A DNA stretch of 62,805 bases, the filler included, from Sphacelaria rigidula (Eukaryota): the NCBI GenBank assembly GCA_964200075.2. It is 8 parts of 8 records of this genome, joined end to end, with 100 filler letters (N's around TTAATTAATTAA, not from the genome) between each part and the next. Parts side by side here need not be neighbours in the genome. Positions count along the whole stretch, not along the records: positions 31,454 to 39,216 come from CAXNAA020013531.1; positions 39,317 to 47,079 come from CAXNAA020013532.1; positions 47,180 to 54,942 come from CAXNAA020013533.1; 5 more parts are not named here. One strand, 5' to 3'. The notes beneath the pieces are model-generated. The model was not told where the DNA came from. It searched no databases and saw only the letters and a program-made list of their open reading frames with translations. How positions within the stretch are numbered: the first letter of the stretch is position 1; every line of letters starts with the position of its first letter. Positions 38,083 through 48,321 of the stretch are shown here, one piece after another. The position numbers and the translations under genes are program-made.

Positions 38083-39216
38083 AGGCACAATGACAATGCG
38101 GTGGCGACATGTTGTGGCGTGGAGCGGAAGCGAATCCATACGACTTGACCCGCGCAATGACTTTTCACAATGCCGCACATCAGTCAATCATACTAGGGGC
38201 CATTCGTCATTTGCCGGGCGTTGAACATGTTTCGCCGCCAGGATGACTACAGCATAGAAGCCCCGTATGTTGGTCAGAAATTCATTCGGACTCACAAAGA
38301 ACGATCGCACAACTGCTCGAGCAGTCCTGTTAGGTACGAAGTTGCACAGTGCAAACACGCTGCCACAGCACACAGTACAGTGCAAACACCATGCGATCAC
38401 GTACCTGGCTAATATGGTGCAAACAACATGCTAACACGTACCTCGCCAACATGGTGGGTACCTGGGCACCAGATCTAACAGGAGCTGTTTTCTGTTACAG
38501 TACACACCTGAATGATGAACGTGGGTTACCGTCTCGCAATCCCTCCAGGTGCACCGCCCCAACAACCGCCGCCCATGTGTACTTTGCGCACGCATGTTCG
38601 CCGGTTTCAGTCTCGGGACACTTCTCTCTCCAGGAGTGGATCAACAGCACTTGCCTCCTGCCTACGGAGCACTTCGTACACAGCGTGCCCGCTGTGGGTA
38701 CTGTATGGGACACATTGATCGAACGTGCGGTAATGTAAGAACCCGACCTGGACTTTTTGAATTTTGAATTTTAAATTGTGAAAAAACAATCCTCGTACGC
38801 GGCAGCAGGCGCACGTTAAATGATGAATCACAGGACGTACCTGTGCTGTCGTGTCAGCACGGAAGGTGGCAAGCATGCGCTGCAGCCAGGTGTCCCGGCT
38901 CCGTTCTGCCCAGCTGATGGTCTCTTCGAGTAACCAACAGGGATGTAAGATTCTGGCACCTAAACACGTGATCGTTGCTCAGACGACCCCACGCTGAACA
39001 GAAAGCACGATTGATGCACCACTGTACACCGTATGCAAACACAACGCGAAACAGTGCAGCTCTACAGCGATGCAACTATGCAGTACTACTTACATTCTCG
39101 ATTGGTCACCATTTCGGGGTCTGATCACGAGGTGATACTGGTTTCACTCTCGAAGAACATGCTAGGCCAGGGGTGACACGAGGTCAGAGGCTGGCTATTG
39201 TAAACAATTGCAGTCG

Positions 39217-39316
39217 NNNNNNNNNNNNNNNNNNNNNNNNNNNNNNNNNNNNNNNNNNNNTTAATTAATTAANNNNNNNNNNNNNNNNNNNNNNNNNNNN
39301 NNNNNNNNNNNNNNNN
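39217..39316. other. Artificial contig spacer
   Basis: 44N-TTAATTAATTAA-44N. Confidence 0.99.
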
Positions 39317-39455
39317 CTACGCTGAATACCGTCCACCCTACTTTTCGATTCTGGGGTCATATAGATGTTCCCTACGAAGGAGTGGGGAATGGGAGTGGTG
39401 CATTGACCCGAGACATATTCAGGCGGCAATATATGTATATATATAAATATATATA

Positions 39456-39851
39456 CAAGCCGTACGGGACCCGGGGCTGCGCCCCGGTCCCGTCCGTTTT
39501 TTTCGAGGGTCTTGATCTTCTTGCCTTGCCAAGCCCTCGTGAGAATAGATCCTCTCTCGAAATGTTCATGCCCGCCGGAAACATTGCAGGACCACCGCGA
39601 ACGCATGTGTACCCCAGCACAAAGTAAAGTACGAATCCGCTAACCGAACCCCTAGCATCGGCATTGGCCCGAACAGTCATTTCTCGGGGCGGGTGCGGAG
39701 TAACCTGCACACTAAAATCAGCATTGAATCTCGTGGACGCCTCGTTACAAAGTATACTTAACGCTCTTGCGTTCGAAATATTCTATATATAAACTAAATG
39801 CGCCTTGGGTGTTGGGTTTATTCAATCGTCAATAGTATTTATATATATAGA
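39456..39851 (-). mobile_element. Putative non-autonomous Helitron
   Basis: Minus strand starts A|TCTATATATAT and ends with a GC-rich hairpin (39465-39492) followed by CTTG|T (canonical CTRR). No TSD. Confidence 0.45.
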
Positions 39852-40189
39852 TATATATACTACGTGTGTGTGTGGCAGCCAATATATTACTCGACGAATA
39901 TACGATAGCGCCTTGCCGCACCAACATTTGACCTGGCCAGTATATGTTGAGGTGGCGCGTTTCGTGATATATTGTTTGGTCGATATGTACTTCATGTGAC
40001 GAGCCGTGACATATTGATGACACAATATATGCTAACCTGTCTCTCGTGTCATCATATTGATTTTTCAATACATGACCAACCGACGCCTCGACATATTGAA
40101 CGGGCGATATACACTACATCCTGTACTGTCCAGGGTGTGAACATTTTCCAGATAGTTTTGAGGTCATAACATGTTTTCTCCAGAACAGA

Positions 40190-40643
40190 GCTGAACAGCC
40201 GATCATCAAAATTTAAATGGAGCTTTTTTTTGAGGATGAGAACCCGGAGGGTTATAGTCCTCGTATCCACACCAAACGTTCGAAATATGGTTTCATTGCT
40301 TGACCTGCTGACAGCTATGACAACTGCTACACGCCCCACAAATCTGGATTTCGAAAACCGACATGTTGGGGCCCTAGATGAAAAAACAAGTTTGGGGGAA
40401 TTTAGGTGATCCGATCGAATCGCCGAAAATTCCCCGAAATGGGGTCTTCACGTAGGATACCAACATTTCGGTCTTCGAAATCCGAATTTGTATTATGTGT
40501 AGCACTGATCAATAGCTAGCGGTAGGTGAAGGAATGGAAGCATGTTTCGAATATTTGGTGTGGATACCAAAATTTTAATCCTCCGCTTTCTTATCTCCAA
40601 TGAAAAGCTCCATCCTCAATTTCGATAATCGGCTGTTTTCAGC
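40190..40643. mobile_element. Foldback (whole-length palindromic) element 1
   Basis: The left half pairs imperfectly with the right half around ~40412. Termini gctgaacagccgat / atcggctgttttcagc. Confidence 0.85.
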
Positions 40644-40720
40644 AAGAACGATGTCTACAATGCTGGATCATCTTTTTTGCACTGCCTAGAATGCTCGCAC
40701 CTGTAGTATAGGACTATGAA

Positions 40721-41160
40721 CACGGGATCTTACAAATTGGAGATGACTTTTTTCTTGGGGATGAGAAACCCGGGGAACTAAAAAATTCGTATCCACACCA
40801 AATCTTCGAACTGTGGTTCCATTTCTTCACCTACTGATAGCTGTTGACAACTGCTACACGCCATAGAAATTTGAATTTCGATCACCGAAATGTAGGGGCC
40901 CTAGATGAAAAATCAATTTCGGAACCATTTTGGCGTCCGTTCGGACCCCCGGAATTTCCCAAAACTGGTTTTTCACCTAGGACCCCAAAAATTCGGTGAT
41001 CGACATCCAGATTTCTATGGCGTGTAGCAGTTGTCAATCGCTATCAGTAGGAAAACAAATGGAATCATAGTTCGAATATTTTATGTGGATACGAAAATTT
41101 TATTTCTCCGGGTTTCTCATCCACAATAAAAGACCCATCTCCAATTTGTAAGATTCCGTG
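40721..41160. mobile_element. Foldback element 2, related to element 1
   Basis: Termini cacgggatcttacaaattggagatg / catctccaatttgtaagattccgtg. Shares tcgtatccacaccaaa, tgacaactgctacacgcc and ggggccctagatgaaaaa with element 1. Confidence 0.9.
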
Positions 41161-42378
41161 TTTATGATGTACCCACCGAAAAGGTTCGAACTGTACTGTA
41201 CTGAACGTGCTTCTGCCCCTCACCTATCCCGCGCCCCCCTGTACTTGATGCGCTTCCCTGGTAGAACACTTGAAAGTGGCACTTAAGTGGCAGGCCAGTA
41301 TGTTGACATCATGCGCATCGTGTAGACACAACACGAGCAGTACCAGAACCCCTCTGAAGAACATATAAATAATGAATACCTACTTGCAGGTCAAGTGGGA
41401 ACTGAAACGGTGTAGTGCTGTGTTTCGGGACGATAACTGATCGTCTTGAGCTTGAGTTTCTGGAAACAAATACGCGCATGCGTTCGAGAAAAATGAAATA
41501 CGTACTACCTGACGCGATGTTATCGGGCGTGTGTTGAGACCCGCAGATGTTCATTACTTACGCATGTGCACATATCAAGTGAAACGCGAATATTCAAATA
41601 ACTGGCTTTCAGAAGATCACGTGAAGCGCCGTTGAGAAAACAGGGTACCCCTGTTCTATTTCCGACAATTGAACATGAACGATCAGAACATATCAGTGGT
41701 TCGAAAAAGTTGTCAAGTACCTGCGAATTTAGGATGGATTTCCCAAATGTGTACTGGTGTTCTGTGGATATAAGATAACTTCCAACTTCGTTGTTCGGTA
41801 GTCCAAAAGTTAAAAGCAACGTGCTCAAGCGCTCGCAGGAGTGATGCAAACCCGGGTATATGACTTGACGTGCCTCATCCTGCTACGTGTCCTTTTCACG
41901 GCCAAGCACAATTTGGAAATGAAATTTGGGCTGATAAGTTTCCAGCAGCACATGTACTCCACGTATGTACTTTATCGGCCCTATAGCTGCTTCCGATACA
42001 CACCACGGTAATGTAGAGGGCGTCCTCGTACGCCTAGAATCCCCGGGCAGTGGGGTTTGTATACGTCAGTGCATATCAAGCATTGTCTTGGTGAATGCAG
42101 GTGTCTCGTGCTGTTCCGAGTGATGCGCAGTAAATGCGATTTGATTGTTTTCAGCCACAAACTTCACACGCTGCCAAATGATGCTCAGGAACCGCTTTTC
42201 GGTGTCTCGGCGATCGTGCTGTCGGCAAAGGTTGGTTCTCGGAGGAGGACGATGCGAAGAGGAAGCTGGCGGCCGACGTGACGAGGAGATATTTCGACCA
42301 AGGGGCTGCAGCAAGCGGTGATCGTACGGTGAAAAGGGCTACGGAGCGGAGTTCTGCTCCGAGCACGCCAGGGCGGAA

Positions 42379-44766
42379 ATGGTCAACGTGAGGAACAAGA
42401 GGTGCGGCGACGAGGGCTGTCTCAATTATCCATCGTATGCTGTAGCGGGGAGCAAGAAAGCGGAGTTCTGCTCCGGGCACGCCAGGGCGGGAATGGTGAA
42501 TGTGATGAATAAGAGGTGCGGCAAGGAGGGCTGTGTCAAGCTTTCATCGCATGGTGTAGCGGGAAGCAAGAAGGCAGAGTTCTGCTCCAAGCACGCCAGG
42601 GCGGGAATGGTAAATGTGGTGAAAAAGAGGTGCGGCGAAGAGGGCTGTCTCAAGTACCCATCGTGTGGTGTAGCGGGAGGCAAGAAAGCAGAGTTCTGCT
42701 CCAAGCACGCCATGGCGGGAATGGTAAATGTGGTGAACAAGAGGTGCGGCGAGGAGGGTTGTGTCAAGTATCCATCGCATGGTGTAGCGGGAAGCAAAAC
42801 AGCGGAGTTCTGCTCCAAGCACGCCAGGGCGGGAATGGTCAACGTGAAGGACAAAAGGTGCGGCGGAGAGGGCTGTGTCAAGTATCCATTGTATGGTGTA
42901 GCGCGAAGCAAGAAGACAGAGTTCTGCTGCGAGCACGCCAGGGCGGGAATGGTAAATGTAGTGAACAAGAGGTGCGGCGAGGAGGGCTGTGTCAAGTATC
43001 CATCGTATGGTGTAGCGGGAAGCAAGAAGAGACAGTTCTGCTCCAAGCACGCCAGGGCGGGAATGGTAAATGTGGTGAACAAGACGTGCGGCGAGGAGGA
43101 CTGTGTCAAGTATCCATCGCATGGTGTAGCGGGAAGCAAGAAGAGACAGTTCTGCTCCAAGCACGCCAGAGCGGGAATGGTCAACGTGAGGAGCAAAAGG
43201 TGCGGCGAGGAAGGCTGTCTCGAGTATCCATCGCATGGTGTAGCGGGAAGCAAGAAAGCGGAGTTCTGCTCCGAGCACGCCCGGGCGGGAGTGGTGAATG
43301 TGAGAGACGAGAGTTGCGGCGAGGAGGGCTGCATTAAATATCCTTCGTATGGTGTAGCGGGGAGCAAGAAAGCGGAGTTCTGCTCCGAGCACGCCAGTGC
43401 GGGAATGGTCAACGTGAGGAGCAAGAGGTGCGGCGACGAGGGCTGTCTCAAGTTTCCATCGCATGGTGTAGCGGGGAGTAAGAAAGCGGAGTTCTGCTCC
43501 AAGCACGCCAGTGCGGGAATGGTCAACGTGAGGGACAAGAGGTGCGGCGAGGAGGGCTGTGTCAAGTATCCATCGTATGGTGTAGCGGGGAGCAAGAAAG
43601 CGGAGTTCTGCTCCAAGCATGCTGGGGCGGGAATGGTGAATGTGGTGAACAAGAGGTGCGGCGAGGAGGGCTGTGTCAAGTATCCATCGTATGGTGTAGC
43701 GGGGAGCAAGAAAGCGGAGTTCTGCTTCAAGCACGCCAGGGCGGGAATGGTGAATGTGGTGAACAAGAGGTGCGGCGAGGAGGGTTGTGTCAAGTATCCA
43801 TCGTATGGTGTAGCGGGGAGCAAGAAAGCGGAGGTCTGCTCGAAGCACGCCATGGCGGGAATGGTCAATGTTGTCAGCAGGAGGAGGGGCGACGAGAACT
43901 GTCTCAAGCTTCCATCGTATGATGTGGCGGGAAGCAAGAAGAGGGAGGATTTCTCCGACAATGCCGGGGCCGGCATGGTGGATGTAAAGAGGAGGCGCTA
44001 TCACGAGTCGTGCCTCAAGCATTCGTCATATGTTGTGGCGGAGAGCAAGGAGGCGGAGTTCTGCTCCGAGCATGCCAGGACGGGAACTGTGGGCATAAAA
44101 CATGTCGAGTCCGGCAAGAAAGGATCCTTCGAGCCATGTACTTCAAAGGGGCACAACCGTGAGGAGGCACAGTGTTGCCAACAGCATACTTCTGCACACA
44201 ACATAGCTACAGTGCACAGCGCCGCACAACTCAACCCTATAGTGGCCATCTCCAGCCGTAGCACGATGGAGGCTGGTGGAGGATTCGTTGCTGATGTACG
44301 TGCAATAAAACGCAAACGCGACGAGTGCCCGGGCTCTGGTTCATGTGCTGTTGTTGGCACTCATCGTTGTGTGTACGCCGGTCACAGGCGGGGTGTTACA
44401 ACGCCACAGTTGCTCTCAGCACAGAAACCCTCGGGGGCTGATGGTACGGTGTGTTCAGAGGTAAAGGCAGGATCAGGAATAAAGGTGGAGCCGGCCGTCC
44501 CTTTTCCAGCGCACTGCAGCACCTGGGTAAGAAAGTGTGGGAAACATGCTTCCTGTTCAAGTGGTTCGAGCAGCGTCGGTGTGGGTAATAGCTCCAGTAG
44601 CAGGAATAGTGGTGTGGGTGCGGGATGGCTACATGGTTCGTCGGCGATGATGTCTGGGTGTCTCAGCGCGTTTGATGCTGTGCAAGCTGAAGAGGCCGTG
44701 ATGAATTCGAACGTGAAGTTGGAGCCAGGAGTGTCTAGTCTCCCCCCTTGGGGGTCGGATAGGTAA
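42379..44766 (+). CDS. EsV-1-7 domain (Cys/His repeat) protein, intronless, 795 aa
   Basis: 13 intact 38-aa (114-bp) repeats MVNVxxKRCGxEGCxKYPSxGVAGSKKAEFCSKHARAG with C-x4-C-x16-C-x2-H spacing, then 2-3 degenerate repeats and a low-complexity tail. The family is known from Ectocarpus (IMMEDIATE UPRIGHT) and the phaeovirus EsV-1. Confidence 0.9.
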   Translation: MVNVRNKRCGDEGCLNYPSYAVAGSKKAEFCSGHARAGMVNVMNKRCGKEGCVKLSSHGVAGSKKAEFCSKHARAGMVNVVKKRCGEEGCLKYPSCGVAGGKKAEFCSKHAMAGMVNVVNKRCGEEGCVKYPSHGVAGSKTAEFCSKHARAGMVNVKDKRCGGEGCVKYPLYGVARSKKTEFCCEHARAGMVNVVNKRCGEEGCVKYPSYGVAGSKKRQFCSKHARAGMVNVVNKTCGEEDCVKYPSHGVAGSKKRQFCSKHARAGMVNVRSKRCGEEGCLEYPSHGVAGSKKAEFCSEHARAGVVNVRDESCGEEGCIKYPSYGVAGSKKAEFCSEHASAGMVNVRSKRCGDEGCLKFPSHGVAGSKKAEFCSKHASAGMVNVRDKRCGEEGCVKYPSYGVAGSKKAEFCSKHAGAGMVNVVNKRCGEEGCVKYPSYGVAGSKKAEFCFKHARAGMVNVVNKRCGEEGCVKYPSYGVAGSKKAEVCSKHAMAGMVNVVSRRRGDENCLKLPSYDVAGSKKREDFSDNAGAGMVDVKRRRYHESCLKHSSYVVAESKEAEFCSEHARTGTVGIKHVESGKKGSFEPCTSKGHNREEAQCCQQHTSAHNIATVHSAAQLNPIVAISSRSTMEAGGGFVADVRAIKRKRDECPGSGSCAVVGTHRCVYAGHRRGVTTPQLLSAQKPSGADGTVCSEVKAGSGIKVEPAVPFPAHCSTWVRKCGKHASCSSGSSSVGVGNSSSSRNSGVGAGWLHGSSAMMSGCLSAFDAVQAEEAVMNSNVKLEPGVSSLPPWGSDR

Positions 44767-45735
44767 TCGATAATGCCACCCATAATGAGTTTGGCGTTTA
44801 AATTCTTTGCGGTGTACGGGCGTGTGCTAGCGTGAACTATTGGCACTTTTATCCGAGGAACGACTGGTATGAGGTATTTTTGTTGTTGATTAAGAAGGGA
44901 GACACGAAGATCGAGGGTGGTCCTGTACTGCGTCACATTTTTTTCTCTGATGCCCGCCTTAGTACCTCAACACAGTAGCACATAGTAATCGTTGAATATG
45001 TGGAGACCACATATGTATGAGCGTAATGAACATCAAAAGGCACGTGTAAGCCGGAGAAACAGTAGTATCAGGAACGGGGTCCGCCAGTGACATCCATGAA
45101 CGAACTCGAAACGTTCGAACCTGTGAAACTGGATCTTTGTCAACCTAGGCAACGGGATCTCTGGTATAGAGGTCAGTTTACCACTTGGGATGGTGAAGAA
45201 AGTTCTGAGGAAGATTTTGGTTCGGTGCAGGTGAGGATGGCCCAAAATCGTTCATTTCGCACATGAGCATGATGTATGGAACCATACCCCGGATCTGTCC
45301 ATCACCTCTGTGCGTGACAGTCTCGCACGAATTGCGCCACTTCCCAGCAGGAGCGAGCACACACAGCCAGGACACAGGATCCACACACGCACACCCAAGC
45401 ACACACATTCACATACACACACAAGGACACTGCGTGGCATTGCTGCTGCTGTTGCATCTACTGAGTTGGTACAGCTACGAGTTGGGAGGGGAACACCTTG
45501 GCTCTGTCTCAATGTGTACCCTGTCGAGAGTAGCGAGGTTGCGCAGTCCACCTCCAGCTGCTGCAGTTGCTGTGAGGGTGACTGAGCGCCGAGGTCAGAG
45601 GGACACGGTCAGATACGGCTCAAGTGCCTCTGTGAATTCTGCATCATACTACAGCAAAAGTGTGGGCCTACACCCAAGAATGATCGGTCATTGGTAGCAG
45701 CGATGGCGTGTAGGTACGCCAATTCCATTCTGTAA

Positions 45736-46146
45736 CAGACAAACCTATGAAATTAGGTTGTACGATGAAATAAGGTTTAAGCCTAAAACAGTGACTTCCC
45801 CACACTTTTAGCGATGGTTCCCGATGACTTCTTTGCCGGCCTAATGCCCCTCGATCGCGTAGGAACTTTTTCAGTGTAGTTTACCGACTCTGTGAGCTTA
45901 CAGCGCCGACAGAAATCGTCGTTTCCCCTTTTATCACCCCTTCTAAGAATTCAGGAAAATGGCAGTTTCGGTTAGCGCTGTAAGCTAACAGAGTCGGTAA
46001 AAATGCGCTGAAAAAATATCTACGCAATCGAGGGCCGTTAGGCCGACAGAGAAGTCATTGGGCACCATCGCTGTAAGTGTGGGGAAATCACTGTTTCGGG
46101 CTTGAACCTCATTTCATCGTACAACCTCATTTTATAGAATTATCTG
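45736..46146. mobile_element. Foldback MITE, CAG..CTG termini, approximate 8-bp TSD (hAT/P-like)
   Basis: ~190-bp arms in inverted orientation. Flanks ttctgtaa / gtctgtag (6/8). A related end occurs at 47180-47235. Confidence 0.85.
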
Positions 46147-46407
46147 GTCTGTAGTGACGGGAATCATACCGTTCTGGCGGGAAATAAACGCAGCGGTAGC
46201 GGTAACTCCGTCCTCCGTCGAGGAGGCGGGGCTGTTGTCGAGGAACCGGACCGAATGGCTCCGACATCTCAACACCCGGGCGACAGCGCCCATCCTCCGG
46301 CGGGACGTTCTGCACAATACGACTCTGCGCCTTCTACCAGACCACCCTATTGCTTACAATTGGATTTTGTTGTTGTGAACCGACACGGGTCTCTTGGGGC
46401 ACTTCAG

Positions 46408-46655
46408 ACTAATGCCGAGATAGCACCCCCACGAAAAATGCACCGGATACCGTCCGACAAACCGGCTGCGATTTCACTTTTGCGCTCGTTTGCAGCAATT
46501 TCTCCCACATGAGAGGCGTGTAGCAGTCCGAATTCAGTTAATACGCCCAAATGAGTCGCGTCGTGCAGCACGAAACCAACTCTAACGGCATTTATGATCA
46601 TCGCCTCCGTGCACTTTTTTGGCCAGTGCGGGGGGGGGGCTATCTCGGCAGCAGT
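46408..46655. mobile_element. 250-bp MITE, copy 2
   Basis: Collinear with 12780-13029. Flanks cttcag / cttcac. Confidence 0.85.
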
Positions 46656-46884
46656 CTTCACGCGGGACGACCGCATCGCAGGATGGGGCAAAACGCCGAG
46701 CCAGACATACCGCGTCTTACAGCGTAGGGGGATCGGGGCCGGGGGCACGGAGGGGGTGCTAGTCGATCAGACGGTTTGGTCGGCGGAGGTGGTGTCAGGA
46801 ACGGTCGCGATAGGAACGGCGGCAAGGGGGGGGGGAGGCGACGGAGAGTCATGCTTATGCGCAAGGAGCAAGGTGCTGCACCGC

Positions 46885-46926
46885 GGCGTACTTATTCGTT
46901 GCTTGCCTTAGTCGTTCGGCCATTGA
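46885..46926 (-). mobile_element. Very short 3'-end fragment of the C-tailed LINE
   Basis: Reverse complement reads caatggccgaacgactaaggcaagcaacgaataagtacgcc. A noisier copy with a long C-run lies at 46996-47046. Confidence 0.7.
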
Positions 46927-47079
46927 GACGGGAGCGGGAGTGGGCACGGGAACAGGGGCGGTGGCGACTGGAAAAGAGGAATAGGCAGAGACGTTGGGGG
47001 GGGGGGGGGGGGGACTTATTTTTTGGTTGCCTTGGTTATTTAACCAAAAAAAAAACATCCCTTTGGGGCGGGGGCACAG

Positions 47080-47179
47080 NNNNNNNNNNNNNNNNNNNNN
47101 NNNNNNNNNNNNNNNNNNNNNNNTTAATTAATTAANNNNNNNNNNNNNNNNNNNNNNNNNNNNNNNNNNNNNNNNNNNN
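47080..47179. other. Artificial contig spacer
   Basis: 44N-TTAATTAATTAA-44N. Confidence 0.99.
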
Positions 47180-48321
47180 TGTGGGGAAAGCACTGTTTTA
47201 GGCTTGAACCTCATCTCAAAGTTAAACCTCAATTCGCACAATTTGTTGTTAAACGTTGTTCTGAGCCCCGCTAAGGTTGCTACATTTGACTTCTATGACT
47301 CGACCGTACTCGCCTACTCTCTATCGATTCCATCTCTCCACAAATCCAGACCCTCTACTTATGTTGTGTTCCCTTGATAAATCCGGTATTGTTATTTTCG
47401 CGCACCACGCGCGAGTTCGTGTGTTCTTTTGACCACCACACACACCCCCAGCCCCCCGCCATGTCACTGCCTTGTCTTGCTTTTATTTCCCTCATCTACC
47501 GTAGTTAGTCAGACCATTATAATCAATCCTGCGCGATTGTGGGAGATGGTAAACGTGTTCGTTCCGTTTTCATGACGACGTGCGTTTGCGTCGTTGATAA
47601 ATCCTCTACAGGAGTCGGTAGTTTCTGACACCTGTAACATCCCTTGTCAGGTGATGACGAGGCATGACACACGACACTCCCTGTGAAGAATCCATATCCA
47701 TCCCGGTCTTCGAAGTCAGCGCCTCTTCGTGGTATTGCTTGCTACGTTTGTCGCTCGCTCATGCCTTACTCTGCCAGATAGATCGAGACCAAGGACGCGC
47801 TGGCGAACTGACCGATATCAGGAAGAAAAGTGTACCGACAGAGCCATGTACCAAAGATCGAGTTGTTTTTGAGACTTGAGGTGTGGGAAACAAAACCTGC
47901 TTTAATTGGGGAGATGAAACTTTTTGAAAATGGGCACAGGTCACGAACGAGACTGAAAAGTATTATTGTATGTTGCTACATGAACGTCGCGCGGTTGTCG
48001 CTGGGCGTCACCACTTTGGTGGCACTTTGTGATATTGCTACGTTCAAGGTTCTTAGAAACAGCAATTGCTTTGACGCAAGTCACACGCCGCTTTTACTTT
48101 CCCCCTGGATATCTCTGCGACGTCCGCCATACTTTCTCGAACTTGATCCACCGCCTCAGCGGGACCAATGGCTACACATGGACAGTTACAGCAGCCGTTA
48201 AGCCTGACATCCAACATGAACTTTTGCCCACACTGATTGGAATTTCCCCCAACCATCGACCGATGCAGTGATGCAGGCCATACCACCGCCTTGACTGGCT
48301 GGTTGAAAGCCGCCCCGGCAG

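Noticed and set aside
42426-44022. Long antisense and alternate-frame ORFs (516, 492 and 273 aa) over the EsV-1-7 array
   Set aside because: These are shadows of a 114-bp in-frame repeat that lacks stops in those frames. They end where the array ends.
46885-46926. This LINE fragment as support for the poly(C) tail
   Set aside because: It ends GTACGCC followed by GCGG, with no long C-run and no visible TSD. It is neutral or a mild counter-example.
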